A DNA stretch of 64,000 bases, taken from positions 256,001 to 320,000 of the forward strand of contig CAVXJS010000010.1 in NCBI GenBank assembly GCA_963762145.1. Direction: 5' to 3'. The notes beneath the pieces were generated by a model. The model was not told the origin of the DNA and searched no databases. It saw only the letters and a list, made by a program, of their open reading frames with translations. Below are positions 45,108 through 52,671 of the stretch, one piece after another (the first letter of the stretch is position 1; the number at the start of each line of letters is the position of its first letter). The stretch is from an uncultured Candidatus Rokubacteria bacterium. Its GTDB lineage: Bacteria > Methylomirabilota > Methylomirabilia > Rokubacteriales > CSP1-6. The position numbers and the translations under genes are program-made.

Positions 45108-45452
45108 TTGTACCCGTACGAGACCCTAATGATCCTGGATCCCAGGCTGAACGAGGAAGAAGTCGCCGCGCTCCTCACGAAGGTGCAGGACACGCTCAAG
45201 ACGCTCGGCGGTGAGATCGGCAAGGCGGAGAGCTGGGGCAAGCGACGGCTGGCCTACGACATGCGCAAGCAGCGCGAGGGCACCTACGCGGTCCTCGAGT
45301 CCAAGGCGGAGCCCGCGACCATCAAGGAGTTCGAGCGCCAGCTGAAGCTCAACGAGCAGGTCCTCCGGTATTTCACGACCCGCGTCCCGGCCCCCAAGCG
45401 GGTCCGGACGGCGCCGAAGCCGCCGGCTCCGGCAGTGGAGGAGGTCGTCTGA
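45108..45452 (+). CDS. rpsF: 30S ribosomal protein S6
   Basis: YETLMILDP, WGKRRLAY; TTG start with GAGGAGG SD. Confidence 0.97.
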   Translation: MYPYETLMILDPRLNEEEVAALLTKVQDTLKTLGGEIGKAESWGKRRLAYDMRKQREGTYAVLESKAEPATIKEFERQLKLNEQVLRYFTTRVPAPKRVRTAPKPPAPAVEEVV

Positions 45453-45868
45453 TGGCGAACCTGAACCGAGTGTTCCTGATCGGCAATCTGACGCGGACTC
45501 CGGAGCTGCGATACACGCCGAGCGGCACCGCGGTGGCCGACCTCCGGCTGGCCGTCAACCGGAACTACACCACCCAGGGTGGGGAGAAGCGCGAAGAGAC
45601 CTGCTTCCTCACGGTGGTCGTGTGGGGCAAGCAGGCCGAGAGCTGCGGCGAGTACCTCGACAAGGGCAGCCCGATCATGGTCGAGGGGCGGCTGCAGACT
45701 CGCGACTGGGAAACCAAGGACGGTCAGAAGCGCAGCGTCGTCGAGGTCGTGGCGGAGCGGGTCCAGTTCATGGGACGTAGCAAGTCCGCCGCGGCCGCCG
45801 CACCGGGAAGCGTGCCCGAGCCGGTCGAGGCGGGCGCCGGCGAGGCCGACGACGAGGTACCGTTCTAG
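45452..45868 (+). CDS. ssb: Single-stranded DNA-binding protein
   Basis: NRVFLIGNL, VEGRLQ, C-terminal DDEVPF. Confidence 0.98.
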   Translation: MANLNRVFLIGNLTRTPELRYTPSGTAVADLRLAVNRNYTTQGGEKREETCFLTVVVWGKQAESCGEYLDKGSPIMVEGRLQTRDWETKDGQKRSVVEVVAERVQFMGRSKSAAAAAPGSVPEPVEAGAGEADDEVPF

Positions 45869-45913
45869 CTAGCCCGTTCAGATTAGGTCCCGTTCCAAGA
45901 GGAGGAACAAGCC

Positions 45914-46159
45914 ATTCCGCCAGGTGGAAAGCCCGTCAAGCGGCGCCGGTTCGGTCGCCGCAAGGTTTGCAAGTTCTGCGTCGACCGGGTCAGCCTCGTC
46001 GACTACAAGGATATTCGCCGGCTCCGCAACTTCGTCTCGGAGCGCGGCAAGATCACCCCGCGCCGCATCTCGGGGAGCTGCGCCCGCCATCAGCGGCAGC
46101 TCACCCGCGCCGTCCGTCGCGCGCGGACGGTGGCCCTGCTCGCCCAGACCGCCGAGTGA
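45914..46159 (+). CDS. rpsR: 30S ribosomal protein S18 (Zn-binding type), apparent ATT start
   Basis: Not in the ORF track. [33 protein letters not shown]...[30 protein letters not shown]; SD GGAGG at 45901. Confidence 0.95.
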   Translation: MPPGGKPVKRRRFGRRKVCKFCVDRVSLVDYKDIRRLRNFVSERGKITPRRISGSCARHQRQLTRAVRRARTVALLAQTAE

Positions 46160-46163
46160 CGCC

Positions 46164-46607
46164 ATGAAGATCATCTTGATGGACGACGTGCCGACCCTGG
46201 GCCGCCGCGGCGAGGTCCGCGATGTCTCCGACGGCTACGCCCGCAACTTCCTGCTGCCCCAGAAGCTCGCCCTGCACGCCACCCCGGCGAACCTCAAGAA
46301 CATCGAGCAGATCAAGGCGCGCCAGAGCGCGCAGGCGGCCAAGCTCCACGCGGACGCGCAGAGCCAGGCCCAGGCCATCGAGGCCCTGCACTTCGCTCAG
46401 CGCCGGCAGGCGTCCGACGAGGGCCGGCTCTTCGGCTCGGTGGGCCGCGCCGACCTCGCGAGCTTCCTCTCGCAGCACGGCATCGAGATCGAGCGGCGCC
46501 GTATCGGGCTCGACGAGCCGATCAAGACGCTCGGCGAGTTCTCGGTGCCGGTGCGCCTGCATCACGACGTCACCGCCCAGCTGAAGGTGTCCGTGACCCG
46601 GGAGTAG
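46164..46607 (+). CDS. rplI: 50S ribosomal protein L9
   Basis: MKIIL...LG..G...V..GYARNFL, GRLFGSV, IKTLG. Confidence 0.98.
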   Translation: MKIILMDDVPTLGRRGEVRDVSDGYARNFLLPQKLALHATPANLKNIEQIKARQSAQAAKLHADAQSQAQAIEALHFAQRRQASDEGRLFGSVGRADLASFLSQHGIEIERRRIGLDEPIKTLGEFSVPVRLHHDVTAQLKVSVTRE

Positions 46608-47971
46608 TGGTGGCGACGCTCACCGACCTGCTCACCTCCAAGATCCCGCCCCACAGCCTGGAGGCGGAGCGGGCCGTGCTGGGGGCGATTCTGCTGGAGC
46701 GGGAGAGCCTGCCCAAGGCCATCGAGCTCCTCAAGCCCGCCGACTTCTACAAGGAAGGGCACCGCAAGATCTTCGACGCCACCCTCGCGCTCTTCGAGCG
46801 CAACGAGCCGGTGGACCTGCTCACGGTGTCGGAGGAGCTGAAGCGGCGCGCGAGCCTGGAAGAGGTGGGGGGCGCCGCCGCCCTCGCGAGCCTGGTCGAG
46901 GAAGCCGCGACCGCGGCCCACCTGCTCTCCTACGGAGCGATCGTGCGGGAGAAGGCCCTCCTGCGCGACCTCATCCGCATCGCCACCGAGATCATCGGGC
47001 AGAGCTACGAGGCCCGCGACGACGTCGACAAGCTGCTCGACGACGCGGAGCGGCTGATCTTCCAGATCTCCGAGCGGCGGATGCAGGGCTCGGCCTTCCC
47101 GGTGCGGGCCATCCTGAAGGACACCTTCGAGCACATCGAGAAGCTGTACGACCGCAAGGAGCACATCACCGGGCTCGCCACCGGCTTCGACGATCTCGAC
47201 CGCATGACCTCGGGCTTCCAGCCCAGCGACTTCATCATCATCGCGGGCCGGCCCTCCATGGGGAAGACCGCCTTCGCGCTGAACATCGCCAAGTTCGCGG
47301 GGGTCGAGGATCACAAGCGGGTGCTGGTGCTGAGCCTCGAGATGTCCAAGGAGCAGCTCGTGCAGCGGCTCCTGTGCGCGGAGGCCAAGGTGGACTCCCA
47401 CAAGGTGCGCACCGGCTACCTCGACCCGCGGGACTGGACGCGGCTCACCAACGCGGCGGGGCGGCTCGCGGAGGCGCCGATCTACATCGACGACTCGCCC
47501 GCGCTCACCGTGCTCGAGGCGCGCGCCAAGGCGCGGCGCATGAAGGCCGAGCACGGGCTCGACCTGATCGTCATCGACTATCTCCAGCTGATGCGCGGCC
47601 GCCATCAGCAGGAGAATCGCCAGCAGGAGATCTCGGAGATCTCGCGGTCCCTCAAGGCCCTGGCCAAGGAGCTGTACGTGCCGGTGGTGGCGCTGTCCCA
47701 GCTCTCCCGCGCGGTGGAGACCCGCGAGCGCAAGGAGCCCCAGCTCTCGGACCTGCGCGAGTCGGGCGCGCTCGAGCAGGACGCCGACGTGATCCTCTTC
47801 CTCTACCGGCCCGAGCGATACGGCCTGCAATCGGAAGACGGGGACCGCGTCGCCGACGTGATCATCGGCAAGCAGCGCAACGGGCCCACCGGCAAGGTCC
47901 AGGTCACCTTCATCCCCGAGTACGCCTCCTTCGAGCGCCTGGCCAAGCGCCCGGAGGCCCAGCCCTTCTAG
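46607..47971 (+). CDS. dnaB: Replicative DNA helicase
   Basis: PPHSLEAE, GRPSMGKT, SLEM, DYLQL, SQLSR, DLRESG..EQDAD, KQRNGPTG; no intein. Confidence 0.99.
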   Translation: MVATLTDLLTSKIPPHSLEAERAVLGAILLERESLPKAIELLKPADFYKEGHRKIFDATLALFERNEPVDLLTVSEELKRRASLEEVGGAAALASLVEEAATAAHLLSYGAIVREKALLRDLIRIATEIIGQSYEARDDVDKLLDDAERLIFQISERRMQGSAFPVRAILKDTFEHIEKLYDRKEHITGLATGFDDLDRMTSGFQPSDFIIIAGRPSMGKTAFALNIAKFAGVEDHKRVLVLSLEMSKEQLVQRLLCAEAKVDSHKVRTGYLDPRDWTRLTNAAGRLAEAPIYIDDSPALTVLEARAKARRMKAEHGLDLIVIDYLQLMRGRHQQENRQQEISEISRSLKALAKELYVPVVALSQLSRAVETRERKEPQLSDLRESGALEQDADVILFLYRPERYGLQSEDGDRVADVIIGKQRNGPTGKVQVTFIPEYASFERLAKRPEAQPF

Positions 47972-47979
47972 CCGGGCAG

Positions 47980-49332
47980 GTGACCAGGGTCGTCATCGTC
48001 GGGGCGGGCAAGGGCGGGCGCGCCCTGCTCGAGATGTTCAGCGGGGACCCCACCGTCACCATCATCGGGGTCGCCGACGTCAACTCCTGGGCCCCGGGGC
48101 TCGAGCTGGCCCGGCGCCTCAACATCGCGGTGAGCACCGACCTGCGGGAGGTCGTCGCGGATCCGCGGGTCGACCTCATCATCGACGTCACCGGCAATGC
48201 CCAGGTACAGGAAGCCATCCAGCGGGTCAAGCCGCCCGGTGCCGAGGTGATGGGGGGCGCCAGCGCCAAGTTCATGTGGGATCTCCTGGCCGAGCGGCAG
48301 CGCAGCGAGGAGCTGGAGGACCGGTACTCGCTCATGCTCCGCGAGCTGCAGGCCAAGGACGAGGGCGAGCTCATCATCGGGCAGAACCCGAAGATGCGGG
48401 AGCTGGCCGAGCAGGTCATCCGGGTGGCCCAGACCCCGACCACGGTGCTGATCCGCGGGGAGTCCGGCACCGGCAAGGAGCTGGTGGCCCGGGCGATCCA
48501 CCGCTACTCGAACCTCCGCGACAAGCCGCTCGTCACCGTCAACTGCACCGCGCTGACGCCGACCCTGATGGAGTCGGAGCTCTTCGGACACAAGCGCGGA
48601 TCGTTCACCGGCGCGGTGGCCGACAAGGTGGGCCTCTTCGAGAAGGCGGACGGCGCGACCATCTTCCTCGACGAGGTCGGGGACATGCCGCTCGAGATGC
48701 AGGGCAAGCTCCTCCGGGTGCTCCAGGCGGGGGAGGTGAAGCCGGTCGGCGACGTGGTCACCCGGAAGGTGCGGGTGCGGGTGATCGCGGCCACGAACCG
48801 GGACCTCGAGAAGGCCCTGGCCGGCGCCGAGTTCCGCGAGGACCTGTTCTACCGGTTCAATGCGTTCACGGTCGTCCTCCCTCCGCTCCGCGAGCGCAGC
48901 GAGGACATCCCGGTGCTTGCCTACCACTTCCTCCGCAAGGCGGAGGCCAAGGTGAACAAGAAGGTGGATCGCTTCTCCCAGGACGCGCTGGACATGCTCA
49001 AGAGCTACGGCTGGCCCGGCAACCTGCGCGAGCTGGAGAACATCATCGAGCGAGCCGTGGTGCTCTCCTCGAGCCAGCAGATCGACGTCGCGCACCTGCC
49101 GCTCTATCTCCGCGAGTCGGGGCCGATCCGGGTGACGACGCAGGAGGGCTTCGTCCAGGCCAAGGAGCGGGTGGTGTCCATGTTCGAGAAAGAGGCCATC
49201 GATCGGTTCCTGTCCGAAGCCCGGGGTAACATCTCGGTCGCCGCCCAGAAGGCCGGCATCACCCGCCGGAACTTCCATCGGCTTCTGTCCAAGTACTCGA
49301 TAAATACGAAGAGGTTCAAGGGTGAGTCGTAG
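47980..49332 (+). CDS. Sigma54-dependent activator (bEBP) with N-terminal Rossmann-like domain
   Basis: GTG at 47980. VIVGAGKGG, GESGTGKE, ELFGHKRGSFTGA, FLDEVG, WPGNLREL, Fis-type HTH. Confidence 0.92.
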   Translation: MTRVVIVGAGKGGRALLEMFSGDPTVTIIGVADVNSWAPGLELARRLNIAVSTDLREVVADPRVDLIIDVTGNAQVQEAIQRVKPPGAEVMGGASAKFMWDLLAERQRSEELEDRYSLMLRELQAKDEGELIIGQNPKMRELAEQVIRVAQTPTTVLIRGESGTGKELVARAIHRYSNLRDKPLVTVNCTALTPTLMESELFGHKRGSFTGAVADKVGLFEKADGATIFLDEVGDMPLEMQGKLLRVLQAGEVKPVGDVVTRKVRVRVIAATNRDLEKALAGAEFREDLFYRFNAFTVVLPPLRERSEDIPVLAYHFLRKAEAKVNKKVDRFSQDALDMLKSYGWPGNLRELENIIERAVVLSSSQQIDVAHLPLYLRESGPIRVTTQEGFVQAKERVVSMFEKEAIDRFLSEARGNISVAAQKAGITRRNFHRLLSKYSINTKRFKGES

Positions 49333-49531
49333 TCAGCCCATATATGAGTCGCTAGAGACTCATGGGTTGCCTTCCGGTTAGCGCCAGTAATTCAGCTAGT
49401 TCTGACCAGCCACGCAGGAATATGTCCCCCCGAGGTGAGTCGTAGGTGTCTCTATTTCTGTGTCGTCGATTTGCACAGAGGTAGACCAATCAACTACTTC
49501 CGCTCGCTCTGAGTCCTGGAACGCTTCTTGA
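49321..49531 (+). promoter_or_regulatory. Putative sigma54 promoter: enhancer sites, IHF site and -24/-12
   Basis: ATGAGTC-N6-GACTCAT palindrome 49344-49363; GGTGAGTCGTAG direct repeat at 49321 and 49434; AATCAACTACTT 49488; TGGAAC-N5-TTGA 49517-49531. Confidence 0.65.
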
Positions 49532-49568
49532 CTCTATCCGAGAGCATCTCGCACTCGAGGAGGGGCAA

Positions 49569-49742
49569 ATGGGGGCTCAGTGCCGCTGTGGAACCGACAT
49601 CCAGTTCTCGTTCAATCACCTAGGCTGCATCGCCTGCGGGGCCGCCTGCTGTCCCGCGTGCTCGTACGAGCTCGAGTCCGCCAGCTACTGCTCGGCCTGC
49701 GCCGAGACTCTGCTGGAGCTGCCCTGGGCCGCGAAGGCCTGA
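49569..49742 (+). CDS. 57-aa Cys-rich microprotein (9 Cys, zinc-finger-like)
   Basis: Below the track cutoff. SD GAGGAGG; MGAQCRCGTDIQFSFNHLGCIACGAACCPACSYELESASYCSACAETLLELPWAAKA; GC3-rich codons. Confidence 0.75.
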   Translation: MGAQCRCGTDIQFSFNHLGCIACGAACCPACSYELESASYCSACAETLLELPWAAKA

Positions 49743-49815
49743 TCGTTCCTTTACCTATCGCCGCCGGCGCGCGCTCGCCAGGGCGCCGGCGCTGTCGCTC
49801 CGAGGGAGGGTCACG

Positions 49816-50787
49816 ATGGAGTCCAAGGGGAAAACGTTCCGCCGCCTGCTGCAGGATGAGCCCTATCTCTTCACCGGCGGCATCTATTCACCGCTCGACG
49901 CCCAGATCGCCGAGCAGGCCGGCATGAAGTCCATCTACCTGAGCGGCTACTCGCTGGCCATGCTCAACGGCTGGCCCGACATGGGCTTCCTCACCATGAC
50001 CGAGGTGACGAAGGCGGCGTCGATGGTGGCGAGCGCGGTGGAGGTGCCCATCATCGCGGACGCCGACGACGGCTACGGCAACGCGCTCTCGACCATGCGC
50101 ACGGTGCAGGAGTTCGTGAAGACCGGAGTGGCGGGCATCCACCTCGAGGACCAGCGCTTCCCGAAGCGCTGCGGCCACATCGCGGGGAAGACGATCGTGT
50201 CGCGCGAGGAGGCGCTCGGCAAGTACCGGTCCGCCCTCGCGGAGCGCGACCGGCTCGACCGGGACTTCGTGATCATCGCGCGCACCGACGCCTTCGGGGC
50301 GGTGGGCGGGAGCATGGACGAGGCGATCTGGCGCGGCCGGGCCTACGCCGACGCGGGCGTGGATCTCGTCTGGGCCGAGCTGTCGAGCTCGGACCGGGGG
50401 CCCGCGATCGAGTTCGCGCGGGCCATGAAGGAGACGCACCCGAACCTGCCCCTGGCCTTCAACTACTCGTCCTCGTTCCGCTGGCACAAGGACGACAACC
50501 CGCTCACCTTCCGGGAGCTCGGCGAGCTCGGCTACCGCTTCATCTTCATCACACTCTTCGGAGCCCACGCCGCGATGCACTCGGTGTGGAACTTCATGCA
50601 GGAGCTGGTCAAGAACGAGGAGCAGGCCCAGTGGACGCTCGAGCGCCTGAAGGTGGGCCATCCGACCGAGAGCCACCACGTGATGGCCCGCGTCTCGCAC
50701 TTCCAGGAGCTGGAGCGCCGGTTCATCCCGGGCACCGCGGAGCGCCTGCAGGGATCCGACGGTTTCGGGGAGGCCAAGGGGCACTGA
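49816..50787 (+). CDS. Isocitrate lyase/PEP mutase family enzyme, probably a short isocitrate lyase
   Basis: YLSG, DADDGYG, HLEDQ, KRCGH, ARTDA, plus ICL-type LAFNYSSSFRW and LGYRFIFITL. Confidence 0.85.
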   Translation: MESKGKTFRRLLQDEPYLFTGGIYSPLDAQIAEQAGMKSIYLSGYSLAMLNGWPDMGFLTMTEVTKAASMVASAVEVPIIADADDGYGNALSTMRTVQEFVKTGVAGIHLEDQRFPKRCGHIAGKTIVSREEALGKYRSALAERDRLDRDFVIIARTDAFGAVGGSMDEAIWRGRAYADAGVDLVWAELSSSDRGPAIEFARAMKETHPNLPLAFNYSSSFRWHKDDNPLTFRELGELGYRFIFITLFGAHAAMHSVWNFMQELVKNEEQAQWTLERLKVGHPTESHHVMARVSHFQELERRFIPGTAERLQGSDGFGEAKGH

Positions 50788-50837
50788 GCCGTGGCCGCGG
50801 GCACCGGACGCGGCGTGCGTCCGGTCCCCGCGGCGAT

Positions 50838-51455
50838 TCAGGCCTCGTCGCGACGGCGCATCGCCTGCACGATGCGCACCGCCACCAGGACCAGAATGCC
50901 GACCAGCACGACGACCAGCACGACCCGCTCGACCTCCCCCACCACGTAGCGCAGGCGCTCCACGTAGCTCCCGAAGCCGTAGCCCACCGCGTAACCCGCG
51001 CCGACCACCACCGGCACGTAGACGACGGCGCCCGCCACGTTGGCGATGAAGAAGGACGAGAACCGCATCCCGAGGGCCCCCGCGAGGGGCCCCGCGGTGA
51101 AGCGGACGCCGGGGACGAACCGGGCGACGAATACCGCGAGCGGCCCGCGGCGGCCCACGAAGGCCTTCATGGTCTCGAGGCGCTCGGGGTGGCCGAGCAC
51201 CCAGCGCGCGTAGCGAGGCATCGCGGTCTGCCCGTAGCGGCGCCCGAGCCAGTAGCCGACGTTGTCGCCCACCACCGCGCTGACGATGCCGACCGCGAGC
51301 ACCAGGGAGAGGCGGAGCTTGCCGCGCCAGACCAGGTAGCCGGCCAGCGCCAGGATCGTCTCCTCCGGCACCGGGAGGCCCACGTTGCCGAGCACCACCA
51401 CCACGAAGATGGCGAGGTAGCCCCAGTGCCCGACGAACCCCTGGAGGTCGCTCAC
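50838..51455 (-). CDS. DedA family membrane protein
   Basis: GLPVPEE, GDNVGYWLGR, ARFVPGVR. Confidence 0.92.
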   Translation of the reverse strand: MSDLQGFVGHWGYLAIFVVVVLGNVGLPVPEETILALAGYLVWRGKLRLSLVLAVGIVSAVVGDNVGYWLGRRYGQTAMPRYARWVLGHPERLETMKAFVGRRGPLAVFVARFVPGVRFTAGPLAGALGMRFSSFFIANVAGAVVYVPVVVGAGYAVGYGFGSYVERLRYVVGEVERVVLVVVLVGILVLVAVRIVQAMRRRDEA

Positions 51456-51477
51456 GAATCCTCGCGGGCGGAGGAGA

Positions 51478-51960
51478 TCACTCGCCGGCGGGCCGGCGGG
51501 TGACGACGCTCACGCGGCCGTCCTCCTCCAGGAAGGCGTAGCGGATGTCCCGCAGCGAGATGACGCCGTGATGGCGCAGGGCCGCACGCAGATCCCGGGG
51601 GCCGAGCCGCTCCCGCCGCAGGTTGTCGCGGATGATGCGGCCGTGGCGGACGAGCACGGTGGGGGAGTGCTCAACCACGCGGTCCAAGCGCTTGAAGCGG
51701 AAGGTCACGTAGGCCACCGCTGAGTTGAGAGCCAGGATGGTGACCGCGCCGATGATCCCGCCCCCGAGCGAGTTGTCGTTGCCGATCATCGCGTTCTGCA
51801 GCACGTTGCTGATCAGGAGCAGGACGACGAGGTCGAAGGCGGTGAGCTGGCCGAGCTGCCGCTTGCCGCAGAGGCGGAAGGCCAGCAGCAGGAATGCGTA
51901 CACCGCCCCCGCGCGCAGCACCTTCTCCGCGACGCTGATGTCGGGTACCAGGATGTCCAT
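51478..51960 (-). CDS. DUF421/YetF family membrane protein
   Basis: ATG at 51960. GKRQLGQLTAFDLV, P.VLVRHG, LEEDGRVSV. Confidence 0.9.
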   Translation of the reverse strand: MDILVPDISVAEKVLRAGAVYAFLLLAFRLCGKRQLGQLTAFDLVVLLLISNVLQNAMIGNDNSLGGGIIGAVTILALNSAVAYVTFRFKRLDRVVEHSPTVLVRHGRIIRDNLRRERLGPRDLRAALRHHGVISLRDIRYAFLEEDGRVSVVTRRPAGE

Positions 51961-52010
51961 GAGGCTCCGGCCCTCAGCATCGCACCCGTCCCGACGGATC
52001 GGGGCCGAAA

Positions 52011-52039
52011 TTGACACGCGGGCATCGCGGCCGTAGGCT
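52011..52039 (+). promoter_or_regulatory. Sigma70 promoter for a leaderless uORF-tatA transcript
   Basis: TTGACA (52011)-17 nt-TAGGCT (52034-52039); ATG 52046 lies at the expected +1 and has no SD. Confidence 0.72.
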
Positions 52040-52045
52040 CGCGGC

Positions 52046-52330
52046 ATGTGGCGGCGGACGCTCGTGGTGCTGGGACTGGCGCTGCTGCACCTCCTCCTCG
52101 CCGCGACGGTGACCCTGGAGACCGCCGACGTCGCGTGGGCCCCGAGCTACATCGACGGCGACGACCGCGACGCGACGCGATTCTCCGAGCGGCTGTGCGC
52201 GCTGGCCGGCGCGCCCGCCGGCCTGATCCCGCTCCTGGCCGCGCTCGCGATGGTCGTGGCGCGCCCGCCCGCGGCCGCGCGCCGGGTCGCGCCCGCCCGC
52301 CTCCGCGTCCGCGCTCCACCTCGCGCCTAG
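52046..52330 (+). CDS. 94-aa leader protein with N-terminal RR plus hydrophobic segment and C-terminal RAPP motif (candidate translation-arrest peptide)
   Basis: MWRRTLVVLGLALLHLLLAA...WAPSYIDGDDRD...RLRVRAPPRA*; promoter directly upstream. Confidence 0.7.
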   Translation: MWRRTLVVLGLALLHLLLAATVTLETADVAWAPSYIDGDDRDATRFSERLCALAGAPAGLIPLLAALAMVVARPPAAARRVAPARLRVRAPPRA

Positions 52331-52406
52331 TCCTCTCTCCGCGCGGTTCTCGGGCGGGACTCCCGCCCGCGTCGTGATCCAAATTCCACCGTCGAGGAGG
52401 ACGCGC

Positions 52407-52601
52407 ATGTTCGGTCTCGGTGCTCAGGAGCTGATCTTGATCCTGCTGATCGCGCTGGTGCTGTTCGGTGGCTCGAAGATTCCGGAGGTCGGCCGCTCTC
52501 TCGGGCAGGCGATCCGCGAGTTCAAGCGGGGTGTGGAGACCGCGGACGCGCCCGCCGGGCCCCCGAACCGCCCCGGGCCGGACGGACCGAAGTCGACGTG
52601 A
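52407..52601 (+). CDS. tatA: Twin-arginine translocase TatA/TatE subunit
   Basis: MFGLGAQELILILLIALVLFGGSKIPEVGRSLGQAIREFKRG; SD GAGGAGG. Confidence 0.95.
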   Translation: MFGLGAQELILILLIALVLFGGSKIPEVGRSLGQAIREFKRGVETADAPAGPPNRPGPDGPKST

Positions 52602-52671
52602 CGCGGGCGGGCGCGGGGGACGCGAATGCTTGACACCCGGGCGCCCCCACCTCTAGCGTAGGTGCTTCAGG

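Noticed and set aside
47374-47979. N-terminal extension of the sigma54 activator
   Set aside because: Off-frame overlap with dnaB; the real start is GTG at 47980.
52602-52671. c-di-AMP (ydaO) riboswitch before the KimA-like gene
   Set aside because: Only 70 nt, largely occupied by a promoter; no recognisable motif.
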